Origin: the human T2T-CHM13v2.0 reference genome, Homo sapiens
Assembly: GCF_009914755.1 (NCBI RefSeq)
Contig: NC_060939.1
Direction: 5' to 3' (one strand)
DNA: 64,000 bases
Below, piece by piece: positions 1 through 18,426 of this stretch. Numbering within the stretch: position 1 is the stretch's first letter; each line of letters opens with the position of its first letter. The position numbers and the translations under genes are program-made. The notes under the pieces are model-generated. The model searched no databases and was not told where the DNA came from. It was given only the letters and a program-made list of their open reading frames with translations.

Positions 1-270
1 TGGGCTCCTGGGCTCCCAGCTGGGCTCCTGGCCTCACATCTGGGCTCCTGGCCTCACATCTGGGCTCCTGGCCTCCCACCTGGGCTCCTGGGCTCCCAGC
101 CAGGCTCCTGGCCTCACATCTGGGCTCCTGGCCTCCCATCCAGGCTCCTGGCCTTGAATCTGGGCCCCTGGCCTCACATCTGGGCTCCTGGCCTCCCATC
201 AGGGCTCCTGGACTCCCATCTGGGATCCTGGCCTGGAATCCAGGCTCTTGGCCTCCCATCCAGGCTCCTA
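1..270. repeat. GC-rich minisatellite/VNTR, 20-bp unit (tgggctcctggcctcacatc and variants), cut off by the window start
   Basis: About 13 consecutive in-phase 20-bp units, e.g. tgggctcctggcctcacatc, tgggctcctggcctcccacc, caggctcctggcctcacatc; degenerates near 270. Confidence 0.95.
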
Positions 271-792
271 GTGCTGGCTCTGCCTTCTCTTTTGGAGCGG
301 GTGGTAGCAGTGGGGGCTGGTGAAATGTGTCACTTCCTGTCCCTGGCCCAGCTCTGAGGAGCTTCCTATGTGACCGTGACCCCTTCATGCATCTCTAGCC
401 ACTGTAGACAATACCCTCTCATCGCTTCCCTGAAAGTGATGCCCTTTCCTGAAAGCCAGCATGCCCCCCAGCAAGGCATGGAAAGCGCTGATTCTGCATA
501 ATGCTGAGAAGGGGTGCACACCTCAGTGTTCAGACCAGCCTGGGGCACTGGCTACTGGAGAAACAGTGAAGACATGTCTGCACTGAAGGACTTCTTCAAA
601 TCTTTGAAACGCCAGCCCATTTCCAAGAGGTCGGCGTGGTAGTCAGCACTTCTCAAACTGTCCCCTGAATCTTTTGTCTGGAACATCTCATGGGGCTGGT
701 GTTCTGTGGGGCACACCGGAAAGGCATGGAGACAGGCAGGGGAGGATGAAGCCAGGATGTGGGAGAGATTTAAAGACTTTGAAAGGATCCAT

Positions 793-1216
<424 letters not shown>

Positions 1217-1680
1217 TCAGGGAAGCCTGAGAGATGCCTTTGACCAATCCATGAATAATGTTATTACAGCCATTGATTATTCACATTACTATAAATAAGT
1301 GAGTGGCCAAGAAATCACACCCGAGGAGATGCGAATGCTACCCGGACAGGGGCTGTCACCTGTAACGAGCACCCCTTGGCGTTCCCTCGCTTCCTTGCAG
1401 TAGCCGCTACGGGGCATCCAGTCCACCGCGTGCTGCTGACCAGCAGACTCTGGGCAGGAAGTGGTTTCTTTTTTTAATTCAAAAATATCTGCCTTGTCTT
1501 GTTTGCATGAATGAGAGTGTGGCTCATAAATGTGAGCTTGTTAAAAAGTCCGATGCCTGGTACAATGATCATTATTTGCAGATGACATGATTCTAGACCT
1601 GAAAGTTTGGAGAAGATCAAATTTAAAACCAAAAGAAACAAGAAGAGAAATTAGTGTATGACTTAGAATTTAACACTGGG

Positions 1681-2023
<343 letters not shown>

Positions 2024-2169
2024 CTAAACATGACTGAAACAACATGTATTTTAAAATCTGCAATAAGAATAGAAACTACAAAGGGATGTCCTCATTATCA
2101 GAAGTTGTGAGGACCGAATTGAATGTGAAAACTCTAGCCATAAGATGTGTTCAGAAGAGAACACCCGAA

Positions 2170-2638
<469 letters not shown>

Positions 2639-3021
2639 CTACTGCCAGGAGGTGGCAGAGAGACCTACTGGGGAAATTATTTACCCTACAGATGAGGACA
2701 CGGGGGCTCATTTCCTTCATAAACAGCCCTTTATCAATAAGATAAAGCCCAACAGCCCAACAGAGAAAAGAGGGGCAAGGAGAGGATCCTGCGGTTCACA
2801 GAGAAACACAAGTAACTAATATCATGAAAAGATTTTGGATCTCACTCAAAATTAATGCTAATTAAAACATCAACAACGCTGAACAATACATATTCACCAC
2901 TGGCAAAACTTTTTAAAGATTGCTAATTTTCAGGGCTGAGGAGGGTGTTGGGGAAATAGGGTTCTTCCAGCTGACGGGATGTAAATTGGAACAACCTTTC
3001 TAGAGGACAATTTGGCATTAG

Positions 3022-3508
<487 letters not shown>

Positions 3509-4053
3509 TAGAAGAAAATATGATAAAATATTTCTATATTCTTGGAGAAGGGAAAAACCTAAGCAAGACACAAAATCCAGAAGCCCTAAAGGAAAAAATG
3601 AACAGATTTGACCTCATAAAAATGTAAAACTGTAGGGCTAGAGACTATGACAAATATAAAAGACAAATAATAGACAATATGTGCAACATGCAAAATAGCA
3701 CTAAAATGCAAACAGCCCCTTCATATCAGAGGATAAAACTTTATATTCCAATATATAAATGGTCAATGGATAAGAACAGGCAACTTGCAAGAGAAGAAAT
3801 TCAGATAGCCTGGAGTTGAGAAATGACCTTGATGCTCCCTGGGGATGAGATAAATGCAAATTTTAAAACAGATAATATCTAGAGTTGGCAAAGGGAAAGT
3901 AGTGCTCCGTAAACTGTGGGCACTATATGCTGTAGAATCTTTTGAAGGGCCATTTGGAAGAACCTATCAACACTGCAAATGTGCAGATAAACTTCTAGGA
4001 ATCTGTCCTTTGGAAATGCCAGCTCAACCCTACATGGACATGAACGAGTACAA

Positions 4054-4385
4054 TAGGCACCCCCCTTATCCTCAGGGGATACGTTGCAAGACCTCCAGGG
4101 GATGCCTGAAACAGCTAATAGGACTGAACGCTATGTAGACTATGTTTGTTCTTATACATGCATACCTATGATAAAGTTTAATTTATAAATTAGGCACAGT
4201 AAGAGATTAACAACTAATAATAAAATAGAACAATTATAACAATATACTGTGGTAAAACTGATGTGAATGCGGTCTCTCTCTCTCTCAAAATGCCTTATTG
4301 TACTGCACTCACCTATTTTTAGATGGTGGTTGACCGCAGGTAACTGAAACCACAGAAAGCAAAACTGCGATGGGGGGGGGCTGCC
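4054..4385. mobile_element. MER44A-like (Tigger7-derived MITE), intact copy
   Basis: Terminal sequence ccccttatcc; internal ttgaccgcaggtaactgaaaccacagaaagcaaaactgcg matches the MER44 consensus as I recall it. Confidence 0.8.
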
Positions 4386-4834
4386 TGCATGCTCCTTTCA
4401 GACCTGTTTGTGAGAGAGTTTTAACTGGAGGGCATCTAAATAATCAGAGAGTGGGAAGAGAAAGGGGTACTCACTTTTTATAGTTTTGTATTGTTTGTGA
4501 ATGTTTTCTATTTCATATGTTTTGTAATTAAAGCCAAAAAGGGTAATGACAAAAAGGAAAAAAAATGCTATGTGTCTGACTTTCGGGAATTTATTAGAGG
4601 GAGTGGAAATTCTACCACCTCCTATTGCTAAATCTCATTAAAATGCCCTTGAAATCAACCCAAACCAACTCTCAGGCACAGCCAGAACAACGGAGGCAGA
4701 GCAGAGCTCAGGATCCTGAATCCACACCCCCCGGCCACTCCTGGTGGGAAGAGAAGAAGAGGAGAGCTCGCTTCCCACCATCCCCATCCCACCTGGCTGG
4801 AGAGGCTGATGTGGGGCGAGGTTTGGCCATCAGT
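4190..4834 (+). repeat. Inverted duplication arm A (partner rc(A) at 7295-8263)
   Basis: 4281-4759 aligns ungapped to the reverse complement of 7367-7845 with 9 mismatches; ORF track gives near-identical peptides MLNLIK(M/V)PLKSTQTNSQA on opposite strands. Confidence 0.97.
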
Positions 4835-4842
4835 CCACAGAG

Positions 4843-5498
<656 letters not shown>

Positions 5499-5909
5499 AA
5501 TAGCATCAGCTCTCTTTGGCTTCCCCAGCCCATGGAACAGTCTTCCTATTTTGCGAATTTCCTACCTTATGAACTCACACCTGCTTATGATGGAAGCCAG
5601 AACCTTTCCCCATCTCTCTTGAAGATTGGGCACAGCATACAACTTAAGACACCACCCGTTGGCTGCTCCTGCATGAGGCTAAGTGACACTGAGAAGCAGA
5701 TGACTGGAGTCCTTTCTGTCAGGATGACAGCAGATCCCAGAGGCAGCAGCAGAAAGAACCAGTGCAGGTAAATGGCCTTTGAGCCTGGTTCTCTGATTTC
5801 GCTAAGATTTTATGAGGCACCTCCTATCCTTTAATAGGTTCCTCTGTAGCTTAAAAGCAGCTAAAGAGCAGTCTGTTGCTTGTAATTAAGGACTCCTACC
5901 AGTACACGA

Positions 5910-6345
5910 AGGGAGAAAAGCAATAATCAAATAAATTACTTTCAGATAGAGATCAGTGCTAGGAGGAGGTCAGCACAAGGTGATGTAAGACAGAGTGACA
6001 GGTGGGGTGAGGGCTACACTTGATAAGGGGTCAGTGAAGCCTCTCTGAGGAGGTGACGTTAGGCTGAGACCCAAACAATGAGAAGGAACTAGCCATAGAA
6101 AGATCTGGGCGAGGAGACTTCTAGACACGGGGAGCAGAAAATGTAAAGGATGAGCTTCAGATGTTGATGGATGTAGGGAGGGTTGATGTGTTTGGAGTTT
6201 AGTGCAGGTGAATAAAGAGGAACATAATGAGATTGGAAAGTAGGTAGGAGTCAGTTCATGCCAGGCCTTGCAGATCATGGTAAGACATTTGGATTTTATT
6301 CTGAGGTTAGTGGGAAGCCATTAGAGAGTTTTAAACAGGACATAA
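5910..6345 (-). mobile_element. L2 fragment
   Basis: Typical L2 text: gcctctctgaggaggtgacgttaggctgagacc...gggaagccattagagagttttaaacagg. Confidence 0.75.
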
Positions 6346-6354
6346 TATAGTACC

Positions 6355-6825
6355 TGGGGTAGCCAGCCTCCAAAACATCCTCCAGTGATCCTTGCATCCT
6401 TGTATTTACACTCTTGTGTAGCCCCTCTCACATTGACTAGGGCTGACCCAATAGGATGCTGCAATGTGACGGTATATAACTTTCAAGGATAGGTCATAAA
6501 AGACATTGTGACTCTGCCTTGGTCTCTCAAATGTCTCCCTCTGGGGAAGCCAGCCACCATGTTGTGAAGATACTCAAGCAGCCCTATGGAGAGGCCCACA
6601 CACTGGGGAGGCACTGCGGCTTTCTGCCGACAGCCTTGTGAATGAGACACCTTGAAAGAGGATCCTCCAGCCCCAGCCAAGCTTTCAAATGGTTCCAACT
6701 CTGACATGCTGACAACTTCATGAGAGGCCCTGAGCCAGAACCACCCAAACTCCTGACCCATTAGTGTGTTATGTAACAAATGTTTGTTGTTTCATGCCAC
6801 TAAGTTTTGGGGCAATTTGCTACCT
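6355..6825 (+). mobile_element. MLT1F-like MaLR solo LTR
   Basis: tagccagcctccaa...ggaagccagccaccatgttgtgaag...ccctgagccagaaccaccca...gccactaagttttgggg matches the MLT1 family. Confidence 0.75.
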
Positions 6826-7294
6826 CTAGCCATTGTTCCCAGCTGGTGTGTAGTCTGACTGGCAGGTGCCCATGCTTTATTAGTGGTTTGATATTTTGAC
6901 TATCGGCCCTGAGTAGGAGGAATGACACAGAGAGGAGATAGAGTTGTGAGTGAGAGGAGGCCAAATCGTGGTGTCAGAGCGAGAAGCAGCACCCTGGGGA
7001 GGGCTGAGTCACTTGTGCTGTCTGGAGGAAGGCGGAGCAAAGATCTGCAGCCCAGCTGACTGTGGTCTCAGCTTTTCTAGCCTCCAGGCTTTCTCCCGGG
7101 TTCCTAAGTCTGTATGTGCTCACTGGAAATGCCCCATGACTTGGGGTGACATGGGTGAGTTTTCTTCCTCCTTCCTCCCAGAGCCACGCCAGACCTGATG
7201 CTGGAGGGCTGGGCTCTTGTCCTAGTTCCCCGTCCTGGGCTGGGCCCAGGGCACCGGCCAGTGGGAGAAACTGCCTTCTCCGCCTCCTACATGC

Positions 7295-8263
<969 letters not shown>

Positions 8264-8268
8264 CTCCA

Positions 8269-8611
8269 TGGCCTGAACAGTCCACCCCTTTGGCTGCTTA
8301 ACATCGTCATCTGCCTTCTTCCATCCTTGCACTCACAAACAACAGAACCCAACAGCAAGTGGAGAGATGTTTTTCAAAAAGGAAATAGTTGTGAAAAGAG
8401 TTCATGGCTTTGCTCCAAAACTTCAGGGCTTTCTGGCATTCTCTTTTCATCTTGCTCATATATTTATTCATTGCCTGCCTAGGGCATCTGCTGGGTAAGC
8501 TATGAGAGTGGGGATCTTGTTCATCACCATATCCTCAGGACCTAGAACAGTGCCTGGCACATCATAGGTGCTCAACAAATGTTAAATTAATGAATTGTGC
8601 CATGAAGTTCC
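8269..8611 (-). repeat. Inverted duplication arm rc(B)
   Basis: Reverse complement of 4843-5498 without the Alu. Confidence 0.95.
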
Positions 8612-9002
8612 TTCCTATATTGAATAGAGCTGACCTGTGTAGCCAATAGGGTATTGCAAAAATGACAGTGCATTTCATGAAGCCTCAGTTTCCATGGCTA
8701 AGTGCCTCTTCCTTTGGTTATTCCCAATTTCAGATTCCAGAGAAGGGGAATATGATTGGCTCATCTTATCTGTCTGTACCAAGCCATGCCATAGATTGCC
8801 AGGTGGCCTATAAATTGGAAGCTTCAGGGAGATGTGTCTGCCTACCTTAGTCAATTAGAAGTCCCATGGCCGCTCAGACACTGTGGTTGACAAGTCTAGT
8901 ATGATAGGGTCACATCTTATCGGAGGAGTGATTCTAAAATCTCTACGTAAGACTTTATCCCATACAGAGTTACTCATGAAAATCCCTTAAATTACCCATA
9001 CA

Positions 9003-9326
9003 TTTATTTATTTATTTATTTATTTATTTTATTTTATTTTTTTTTTTGAGACAGAGTCTCGCCCTGTTGCCCAGGCTGGAGTGATCTCGCGATCACTGCA
9101 ATCTCTGCCTCCCGGATTCAAGTGATTTTCCTGCCTCAGCCTCCCGGGTAGTTGGGATTACAGGCATGCACCACCATGCCTGGCTAATTTTTTTTTGGTA
9201 TTTTTAGTAAAGACGGGGATTCAGCATGTTGGCCAGGCTGGTCCTGAACTCCTGACTTCAGAGGATCCGCCCACCTCAGCCTCCCAAATTGCTGGGATTA
9301 CAGGCGTGAGCCACCGTGCCTGGCCA
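9003..9326 (-). mobile_element. AluS with (TTTA)n tail
   Basis: Antisense Alu consensus. Confidence 0.92.
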
Positions 9327-10089
9327 AAAAATACACATCTTTAGACATGAAAGTCACAGTCCTCATAATGAGATGCTCACAGTGTAAGAGGCATTTGTGA
9401 GACCCACTGAGAGAGTAACAGGCTCCCATCGCATCTATCTCTGCTTATTCTGGGCACACACTCTGAGTAGAATGATAGGTAGACTCGCTGGCACTATTTA
9501 AATTGTCCTCTCCCCTCCGCTCCATTCCTCCTTCCTTTCTTCTCTTTATTTACACATACATGCTACAAGGGTTTAAACATCCACTTGCTCTTGTTGGATT
9601 TACACATGAATTGCATGGAGGTCTGAATATAAGAGGAAGAAAATTAATCTGATCCCAGTGAGAAAGCCCTGAGCACAGATGTAAAAGAAGAAAGCAGCAA
9701 AATTGTATTGATAATCCTATTTCCTGAAATAGATCTCTCATATGAAATGTAAGGAGATTTTAGAAAACAGCTATTACCTATTCTGAGGGAGATTAGACAG
9801 GGACAGTGCAGGGGGAACTGGGTGCTTCATCATATCAGATTGTCCCTGGAAGCGGAAATAAATAGGCTTACAGGAAATTGGATTATTAAGCAGAAGATCA
9901 ACAAGAGAAACCTATGTGGCAAGTGAGGGAAATTAATGGAGAGATGAAAAGAAAACAAGGGAAAATGCCAGGCATTTAGGATAAAGTGTGAAGATATAGT
10001 ATGAGGGAAAAACACTTTAAGTTTCTGGATAAAATAAATCAGGTGGAAGGAAATCAATAATCAAAAACTTGTTCTCTCTCTCACTCACA

Positions 10090-10091
<2 letters not shown>

Positions 10092-10125
<34 letters not shown>
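10092..10125. repeat. (CA)n microsatellite
   Basis: About 16 uninterrupted CA units. Confidence 0.95.
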
Positions 10126-10127
<2 letters not shown>

Positions 10128-10296
10128 CATTGTAAAATCCTTAAGGACAAAGAGCTTGTCTATTTTCTTCACTGCTCTCTCCCCAGAACTTAAAACAGTG
10201 CCTACCTAGCATATAGTAAGCACTCAATAAATATTTGTCAAATAAATGAATGCAAGACTTTAAAATGAACTGAGATGGGTCATCTTGTACCAATTA

Positions 10297-10719
<423 letters not shown>

Positions 10720-10955
10720 TTAATAATCAGGACAACCGTGAACTTCTCATGCAACCGTCAATGCCTGAGACAATGGAGTGAAAGCTACCAGATCCTTAAG
10801 AGAAAAGTGTCCCCCAGGACTCTTAAAGCCACCAGCCCTGATGTTGGCCACGGGAAAAGACAATCAAGGAAAATCTCCGACCTTCGGTGAAATGCAGAGA
10901 CTAAGGGACCCCTGTGCTGCGTGTGATGCGATTTTGAGAGAAAAAAAAAAAAAAA

Positions 10956-11282
10956 GGCCAGGTGTGGTGGCTCACGCCTGTAATCCCAGCACTTTGGGAG
11001 GCCCAGACAGGAGGATCCCTTGAGCTCAGGAGTTAGAGACCATTCTGGGCAACATGGCAAAACCCTGTCTCTACAAAACAAAACAAAACAATACAAAACA
11101 AAACAAACAGAAAAATAGCCAGGTGTGGTGGCACGTGCCTGTGGTCCCAGCTACCCTGGAGGCCTAGGCGGGGAGATCGCTTGAGCCTGGGAGGTCGAGG
11201 CTTCAGCGAACCAAGATCACGCCACTGCACTCCAGCCTGGGCCACAGAGCAAGATTGTCTTAAAAATAAAACAAAACAAAAA
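10956..11282 (+). mobile_element. AluJ
   Basis: Alu consensus with (CAAAA)n middle and tail. Confidence 0.9.
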
Positions 11283-11284
11283 CT

Positions 11285-12135
11285 AACGGAGCCCTGAAAA
11301 GGGAGCGCAATTCATCAATCCGCTGACGGTGATGGGCCCCCTGGCCCGGTGCAGCGGACCCTTAGGTCCTGGTGGGGGAGTCGGTCAGTCAATGCATGGG
11401 TGAGCAAATGAGTGAAGCAACGCGAGCACAGCGCTGGCCCGGATCTAACTTGGCGGTGACAGCCCAGCCCCGAGCTGGACATGGCAGGCCCCTCGGCCTG
11501 GCCGTTGCCTGAGAACCCTAGGATCACAGCGTTGGGCCGGAGTGGGACAGGGCCGGGTAGCGTCCCCCGACAGAGCTGGGTCAGGGCCTTGTTGTGGCCG
11601 GGGGCAGGCCCGGCAGCTGAAAGCGTAAGACCCCCGGAGCCCGGCACAGCGCTCCTCACCACCGGGAAAGGCGGCTGGGCCTGACCGGGCTCCCGCATCC
11701 CCCCACCCCGGAGCGTGCAGCCGCCCCAAACCCCCAGCGGCCTCCGGCTTCCAGGTGAGCAGCACCGGAAGGGAGCGGCGCCGCGTCCTCACCGCCGCGG
11801 GGGGGGCTCCCCAGCCGCGTCCCCGCCGCTTCACGCCCTCCGCGTGGAAGGACGGGGGCCCGGGGACCCCTGCAAACGGCTGAGACCCCAAAGCCCGGCT
11901 CCTCTGCCCGGCTGTCCCTCCCCGGAGCTCCGGCCGCACGGCCGCTTCCGGCACCGAGGACGCCCCGGGCTCCAGCGTTCAGCCTGCGTTTCTGGACACC
12001 CGGGATGCGCAGGGGGTTGGACAGGACCGCCCCAAACCTGCGTCGTGGGGCTTCGCCCTCCTGAGATCACCCAGGCAGCCTGTGCGCGGCCCCACCACAG
12101 CGCCTGAGGCGGCACCGCCTGAGCGCGTTCAGAAA
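11285..12135. promoter_or_regulatory. Orphan CpG island (promoter- or enhancer-like)
   Basis: About 850 bp of very GC- and CpG-rich non-Alu sequence; ETS motifs ccggaag (~11765) and cttccgg (~11945); donor-like CAG|GTGAGC at 11752-11760. Confidence 0.85.
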
Positions 12136-12146
12136 GTAGGCAGTAC

Positions 12147-12437
12147 TTTTATTTTTATTCTTATTCTGAGACAGGGTCTCGCTTTGTCGCCCAGGCTGGA
12201 GTGCAGTGGAGCGATCTCGGCTCACCACAGCCTCGAACTTCCGGGCTGAAGCCATCCTTCCGAGTAGGTGGGACTACGGGCGCACGCCACCACGCCCGGC
12301 TAATTTTTAAACTTTTTGTAAAGATGGGGTCTCACTACGTTGCTCAGGCTGGTCTTGAGCTCCTGAGCTCAAGCGATCCTCCCGCCTTGGCCTCCCAAAG
12401 TGATGAGATTACAGGCGTGAGCCACTGTGCGCGGCTG
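12147..12437 (-). mobile_element. AluJ, CpG-retaining, flanking the CpG island
   Basis: Antisense Alu; TSD agtacttttt. Confidence 0.9.
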
Positions 12438-12819
12438 GTAGTACTTTTTGTACCTTGGGGACAAAAATAAAAACCCAGGCACTTAAGTGGCACTCCTACA
12501 GCAGCAGTGACTTAATAACTGGAGATAGAAAAATAAAAAAAAATAAAAAAAAATACTGGTGTCTGAACAAAGAGACATACTTAGAAAATTGTGTTATACT
12601 GACTGACATGCCTAATTCCCATCCCTTGTGGGGCGTGGGGGGCGGAGCACTTACTCCTCACCCCCGAAACCCCTCAAAATGATAAAAATAAGTGAGCAAA
12701 ACAGACCCAAAACAGCAGCCCTAGCTCCCATCATTCCCAAGCAGTTTGCTGACTGACTCACCTGGCATTTCGTGGATGCAAAGAAGAGCCCCTTCCACCA
12801 GGTGAAGAAGAAAAGGGGG

Positions 12820-13086
12820 TCTGGGCACTATGGCTCATGCCTGTTATCCCAGCACTTTCGGAGGCTGAGGTAGACGAATCACTTAAGGTCAGGAGTTCAA
12901 GACCAGCCCGGCCAACATGGTGAAACCCCGTCTTAACTAAAAACACAAAAAAATTTGCCGGGCATGGTGGCACCTGAGGCAGAAGAATTGCTTGAACCTG
13001 GGAGGCGGAGGTTGCAGTGAGCCGAGATGGTGCCACTGCACTCCAGACTGGGCAACAGAGTGAGACCCTGTCTAGAAAAAAAAAAA
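12820..13086 (+). mobile_element. AluS with small internal deletion
   Basis: Alu consensus lacking the gcctgtaatcccagctactcggg segment of the right arm. Confidence 0.9.
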
Positions 13087-13704
13087 GGAGACGAGGAAGG
13101 AGAAGAAACACGTGGTTTTAGGGGGGTTTATCTGAGGGTGGCCAGGCAGCTCCTGGGAATCTGCGCTGAGGAGCAGCCAGGCCTGGGGGCAGGGATGTCC
13201 AGGGGGAGCCAAAGCAGGCCCAGCTTGCCTTCCTTTCTGTCTGCGCCTCTGTTGCTCGGTGGCATCTTTTTTCGACTGTGTCCCTGTTTCTGTCTTTCCA
13301 TCTTGCCATCACTTGAATCCTGTTTGACTCTGTCTCCAACTGTCCCTGCCTCAGGACAGAAATCTCTTCTCCCTGTTTCCCCAGCTCACCTACTTTTCCC
13401 CTCTCCCCGCTGTGCAGAGCTGCTCCCTCACCTCTGCTGAAACACGTGGGTCTTTCCATGATCCAAACAAGTTTGGTGATTACACTAACTGACCCTGTCT
13501 CTGGATGTCCCCATCCAGATCCCCAGGGCAGACTGAGCAATGGGCTCAGTCTCTGGGGCACTTCCCCACGGGGCAGCTGCCCCCTCTGCCCTGTGGTTGT
13601 GTGAGCACGTGGGGTTGGAATGGGGACACAGTCCACTCTTGGGAGTGGCAGTGAGTGTGAGAGTTCTCAGCTAAAGGGCAAAACCTGGGGACACACCTCA
13701 AAAA

Positions 13705-13995
13705 AAAGGCTTCTATTTAGGGCAGTGAAACTACTCTGTATGATACATCCATACTCTGTATGGATGCATGTCATTGTACATTTGTCCAAACCCACAGCAT
13801 GTTCAACAGCAGAGTGAACCCTAATGTACGCTGTGGACTCTGGGCAATGATGATGTGTAGGTTCATGGATTGTAAAAAATGGACTGCTCTGAGGGGATGT
13901 TAATCATCGGGGAGGCTGGCAGGGAGTACACCGGAACTCTCTGTACCTTCCTTTTTGCTGTGAACATAAACCTGGTCTAAAAAAAATTAAGTCTT
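13705..13995 (+). mobile_element. Old L1 3' end (L1MC-like)
   Basis: ggcagtgaaactactctgtatgatac...catttgtccaaacccacag...gagtgaaccctaatgt, followed by A-rich end. Confidence 0.75.
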
Positions 13996-14008
13996 AAAAA
14001 AAAATTTT

Positions 14009-14609
14009 AGCTGGGTGCAGTGACTCATGCCTGTAATCCTAGCACTTTGGGAGGCTGAAGGGGGTGGGTCGCTTGAGCCCAGGAGTTGAAGATCAGCCTG
14101 GGCAACAAAGTGAGACCCCCATTTCATTAAAAAATTAGCCAGGCATGGTGGCACACACTGTAGTCCCAGCTACTCGGGAGGCTTGAGTCCAGAAGGTCAA
14201 GGCTACAGTGGGCTATGATCACACCACTCACACTCCAGCCTGGGCAACAGGGAAGACCTTGTCTTAAAAAAAAAAAAAAAAAAAAAAAATCAAGGACCAA
14301 GAGCAGTGGCTCACACCTTTAATCCCAGCACTTTGGAAGGCCGAGGTGGATGGATCACCTGAGTTCAGGAGTTTGAGACCTACCTGACCAACATAGTGAA
14401 ACCCCGTCTCTACTAAAAATACAGAAATTAGCCAAGCATGGCAGTGTGTGCCTGCAATCCCAGCTACTTGGGTGGCTGAGGCAGGAGAATCACTTAAACC
14501 CAGGAGGCGGATGGTTGAAGTGAACTGAGATCGCACCATTGCACTCCAGCCTGAGCAACAAGAGCGAAACTCCATCTCAAAACAAAACAAAACAAAACAA
14601 AACAAAAAA
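14009..14609 (+). mobile_element. Tandem AluJ + AluS
   Basis: Two consecutive sense Alus with A and (CAAAA)n tails. Confidence 0.92.
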
Positions 14610-15229
14610 TTAAATTTTTCTTAAAGGGGAAAAAGAAAATAAAACGCTTCTATGTTAAGGAAACCCCACAAAAAGAGGTGCTCCTGGAAATCCTGCAGAA
14701 AAGCCTGAATGTAACTCTCCTAATGCCTTGTGCTCCCTTCTGCAGATTTTACAAATATATAGAAATATATGTACATTCCTAAGGCTTAAAGATAAATTTC
14801 ACATGTGACTGTGAAATGAGATCGTAAAAAGATGTTTCTGTTCTATATGATTCAGGGTGAAAGGCTTTCTAAATGCAGTATGTTGCATTAGTATCTTCAT
14901 ACAGCCTCTTCCTGACATCAAGGTTCTATGCTTATATATCATGCATTAACATTGCTGAAAATCTATGTAAAAACTTGGCCCAGGAAGAACCTAATTAAAA
15001 TATGCAGTTTCCTTGATTTAATATGGCCAAGATTTTGCCAAAAAAATTCTACATGTTTTCAGAGATAGCTCTGGGAACAGAGCTTTTTCTGTCGCTCTTT
15101 CTCAAGACACCCCCTTTGAATCTCAGTGAAGGACCAGGAAGGTACCTCACCAGCCAAGAGAGACCATCTCTGAAAGACACAGTTGCTTAGATGTGGGGCC
15201 AGTGATGATTGGTAGATTTATTCTTCTAG

Positions 15230-16680
<1,451 letters not shown>

Positions 16681-17188
16681 CTCATAAGTGTTTATATCAT
16701 GATGACTGTAGAAGGTACTATTCACCCTGCCCATGATAGGAAGAATGCCTAACTCCAAGTGTGAGATCGGGCACAGATTTCCAGAAGTTAACAGATAAAG
16801 TGAGACTTGAAGAACACGCCTAGGGTAGCAAGGAGACGGGGAGCTTGGGTGGAAAGACATTTGGGGAATTGGAGGCATGAGGGAAACTGAGAGGCGCTCA
16901 ATGGGAGGGGCTGGAGGGGTGGGGAGCAGGGGGAGACGCCAAGGAGTTCAGTGCAGAGCAGTGTCAGATCAGATTTGCATTGAGGAACATGCCTGTGTGG
17001 TGCCTGATGAACATGGACACAGGGGTGACTGGAGGTACAGCTGGGCCTACCCCAGCTGAGCCTCATGAGTGAGCTACCAGTGAGTTCGGGGTAGTCCTCT
17101 GGCAAGAAGTGTCACTTGTCAGAAGTCAGAGGCCACCCAGGGACCTGGTTGGATGGGGATGCCAACCATGAGAGTAAAGAACAGCTCA

Positions 17189-17537
<349 letters not shown>

Positions 17538-18426
17538 TCAGATGCCTGTGGGAGCTGTGGGGCTGAAGCTTAGGAGAAAAAGGCCAGGAACAAGGTGGAG
17601 AAATATATATTTTTTAAATTGTATTAAAAAAATATAATTTTTTATGGCTGTAAAATTTCTGTTAAAAAATTGGCTTTGTGTGGGAAAAAAATCGTGCTAA
17701 GAGCTTGCTTTGGAAGGTGAAACGCCCACTTCTGGAGGGCCGGGGTGTCAGCCGATCTCAAGATTCAGAGGAGGGAAGATGCTTCAGACAATAGGGAGGA
17801 CTTTGGAGTTGCAGCAGTAAAATGAAAGGTAAAGTGGGAGAGGAGCTGAGGTGGAGGCAAGAAGCAAGATGGCAGAGGCTGTGCCAGTCCTGGTAAGACC
17901 CCTGCCTAGACAGCCCCCAAGACCTCTGGCAAAGTCTAATGACCCCACAGTGGGGTGTGATTAAATGTTGTGGGGGAACCAAAGACAAAGTTGAGTTTTC
18001 CTTCAGAACCTGGAGTAGACAGAGAGGCAGCACACAGGAAGTCAGATCCCAAGAGGAGACGAGGCCAGAGTCCCTGGGAATCACAGCAAAACCCCAGGGA
18101 GGCCTTGGAATTCCAAGATCCATGGCTCACCTGGATTTCCAGTGGCTTGGGAGCCCCTAATTGAACTGTCCAAAAAGATGACGGAGTGAATGAAGTCCCA
18201 CACTGGGGTGGAGGGAGAAGGGAAGAGGGCCTACCCCCGCTAAGGCCTGGGTGTGAGCTGCCTGGGAAGTGTGGGTCACAGACGTGGGGTAAAGGGAGAT
18301 TTCAAGGAAGAAGAGGCCCCAAACGCCAGGTGGTGCTGGGAAGCCAAGTATGATGGGGAGTCCACTGGGTCTAGTGACAAGGAAGATGGCAGATGTCGGA
18401 CTGCAGATGGGGGAAGAGTGAACAGG

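Noticed and set aside
1-270. Regular short repeats suggesting a CRISPR-like array, and periodic ORF 154-357
   Set aside because: Units are contiguous with no unique spacers and the DNA is primate; it is a VNTR.
8605-8680. Direct similarity to 6420-6490
   Set aside because: Both look like MLT1F-family sequence; I cannot show local duplication rather than family similarity.
11315-12115. Overlapping 94-169 aa Pro/Gly/Arg-rich ORFs on both strands
   Set aside because: Expected from stop-codon scarcity in a CpG island; no recognisable domain.
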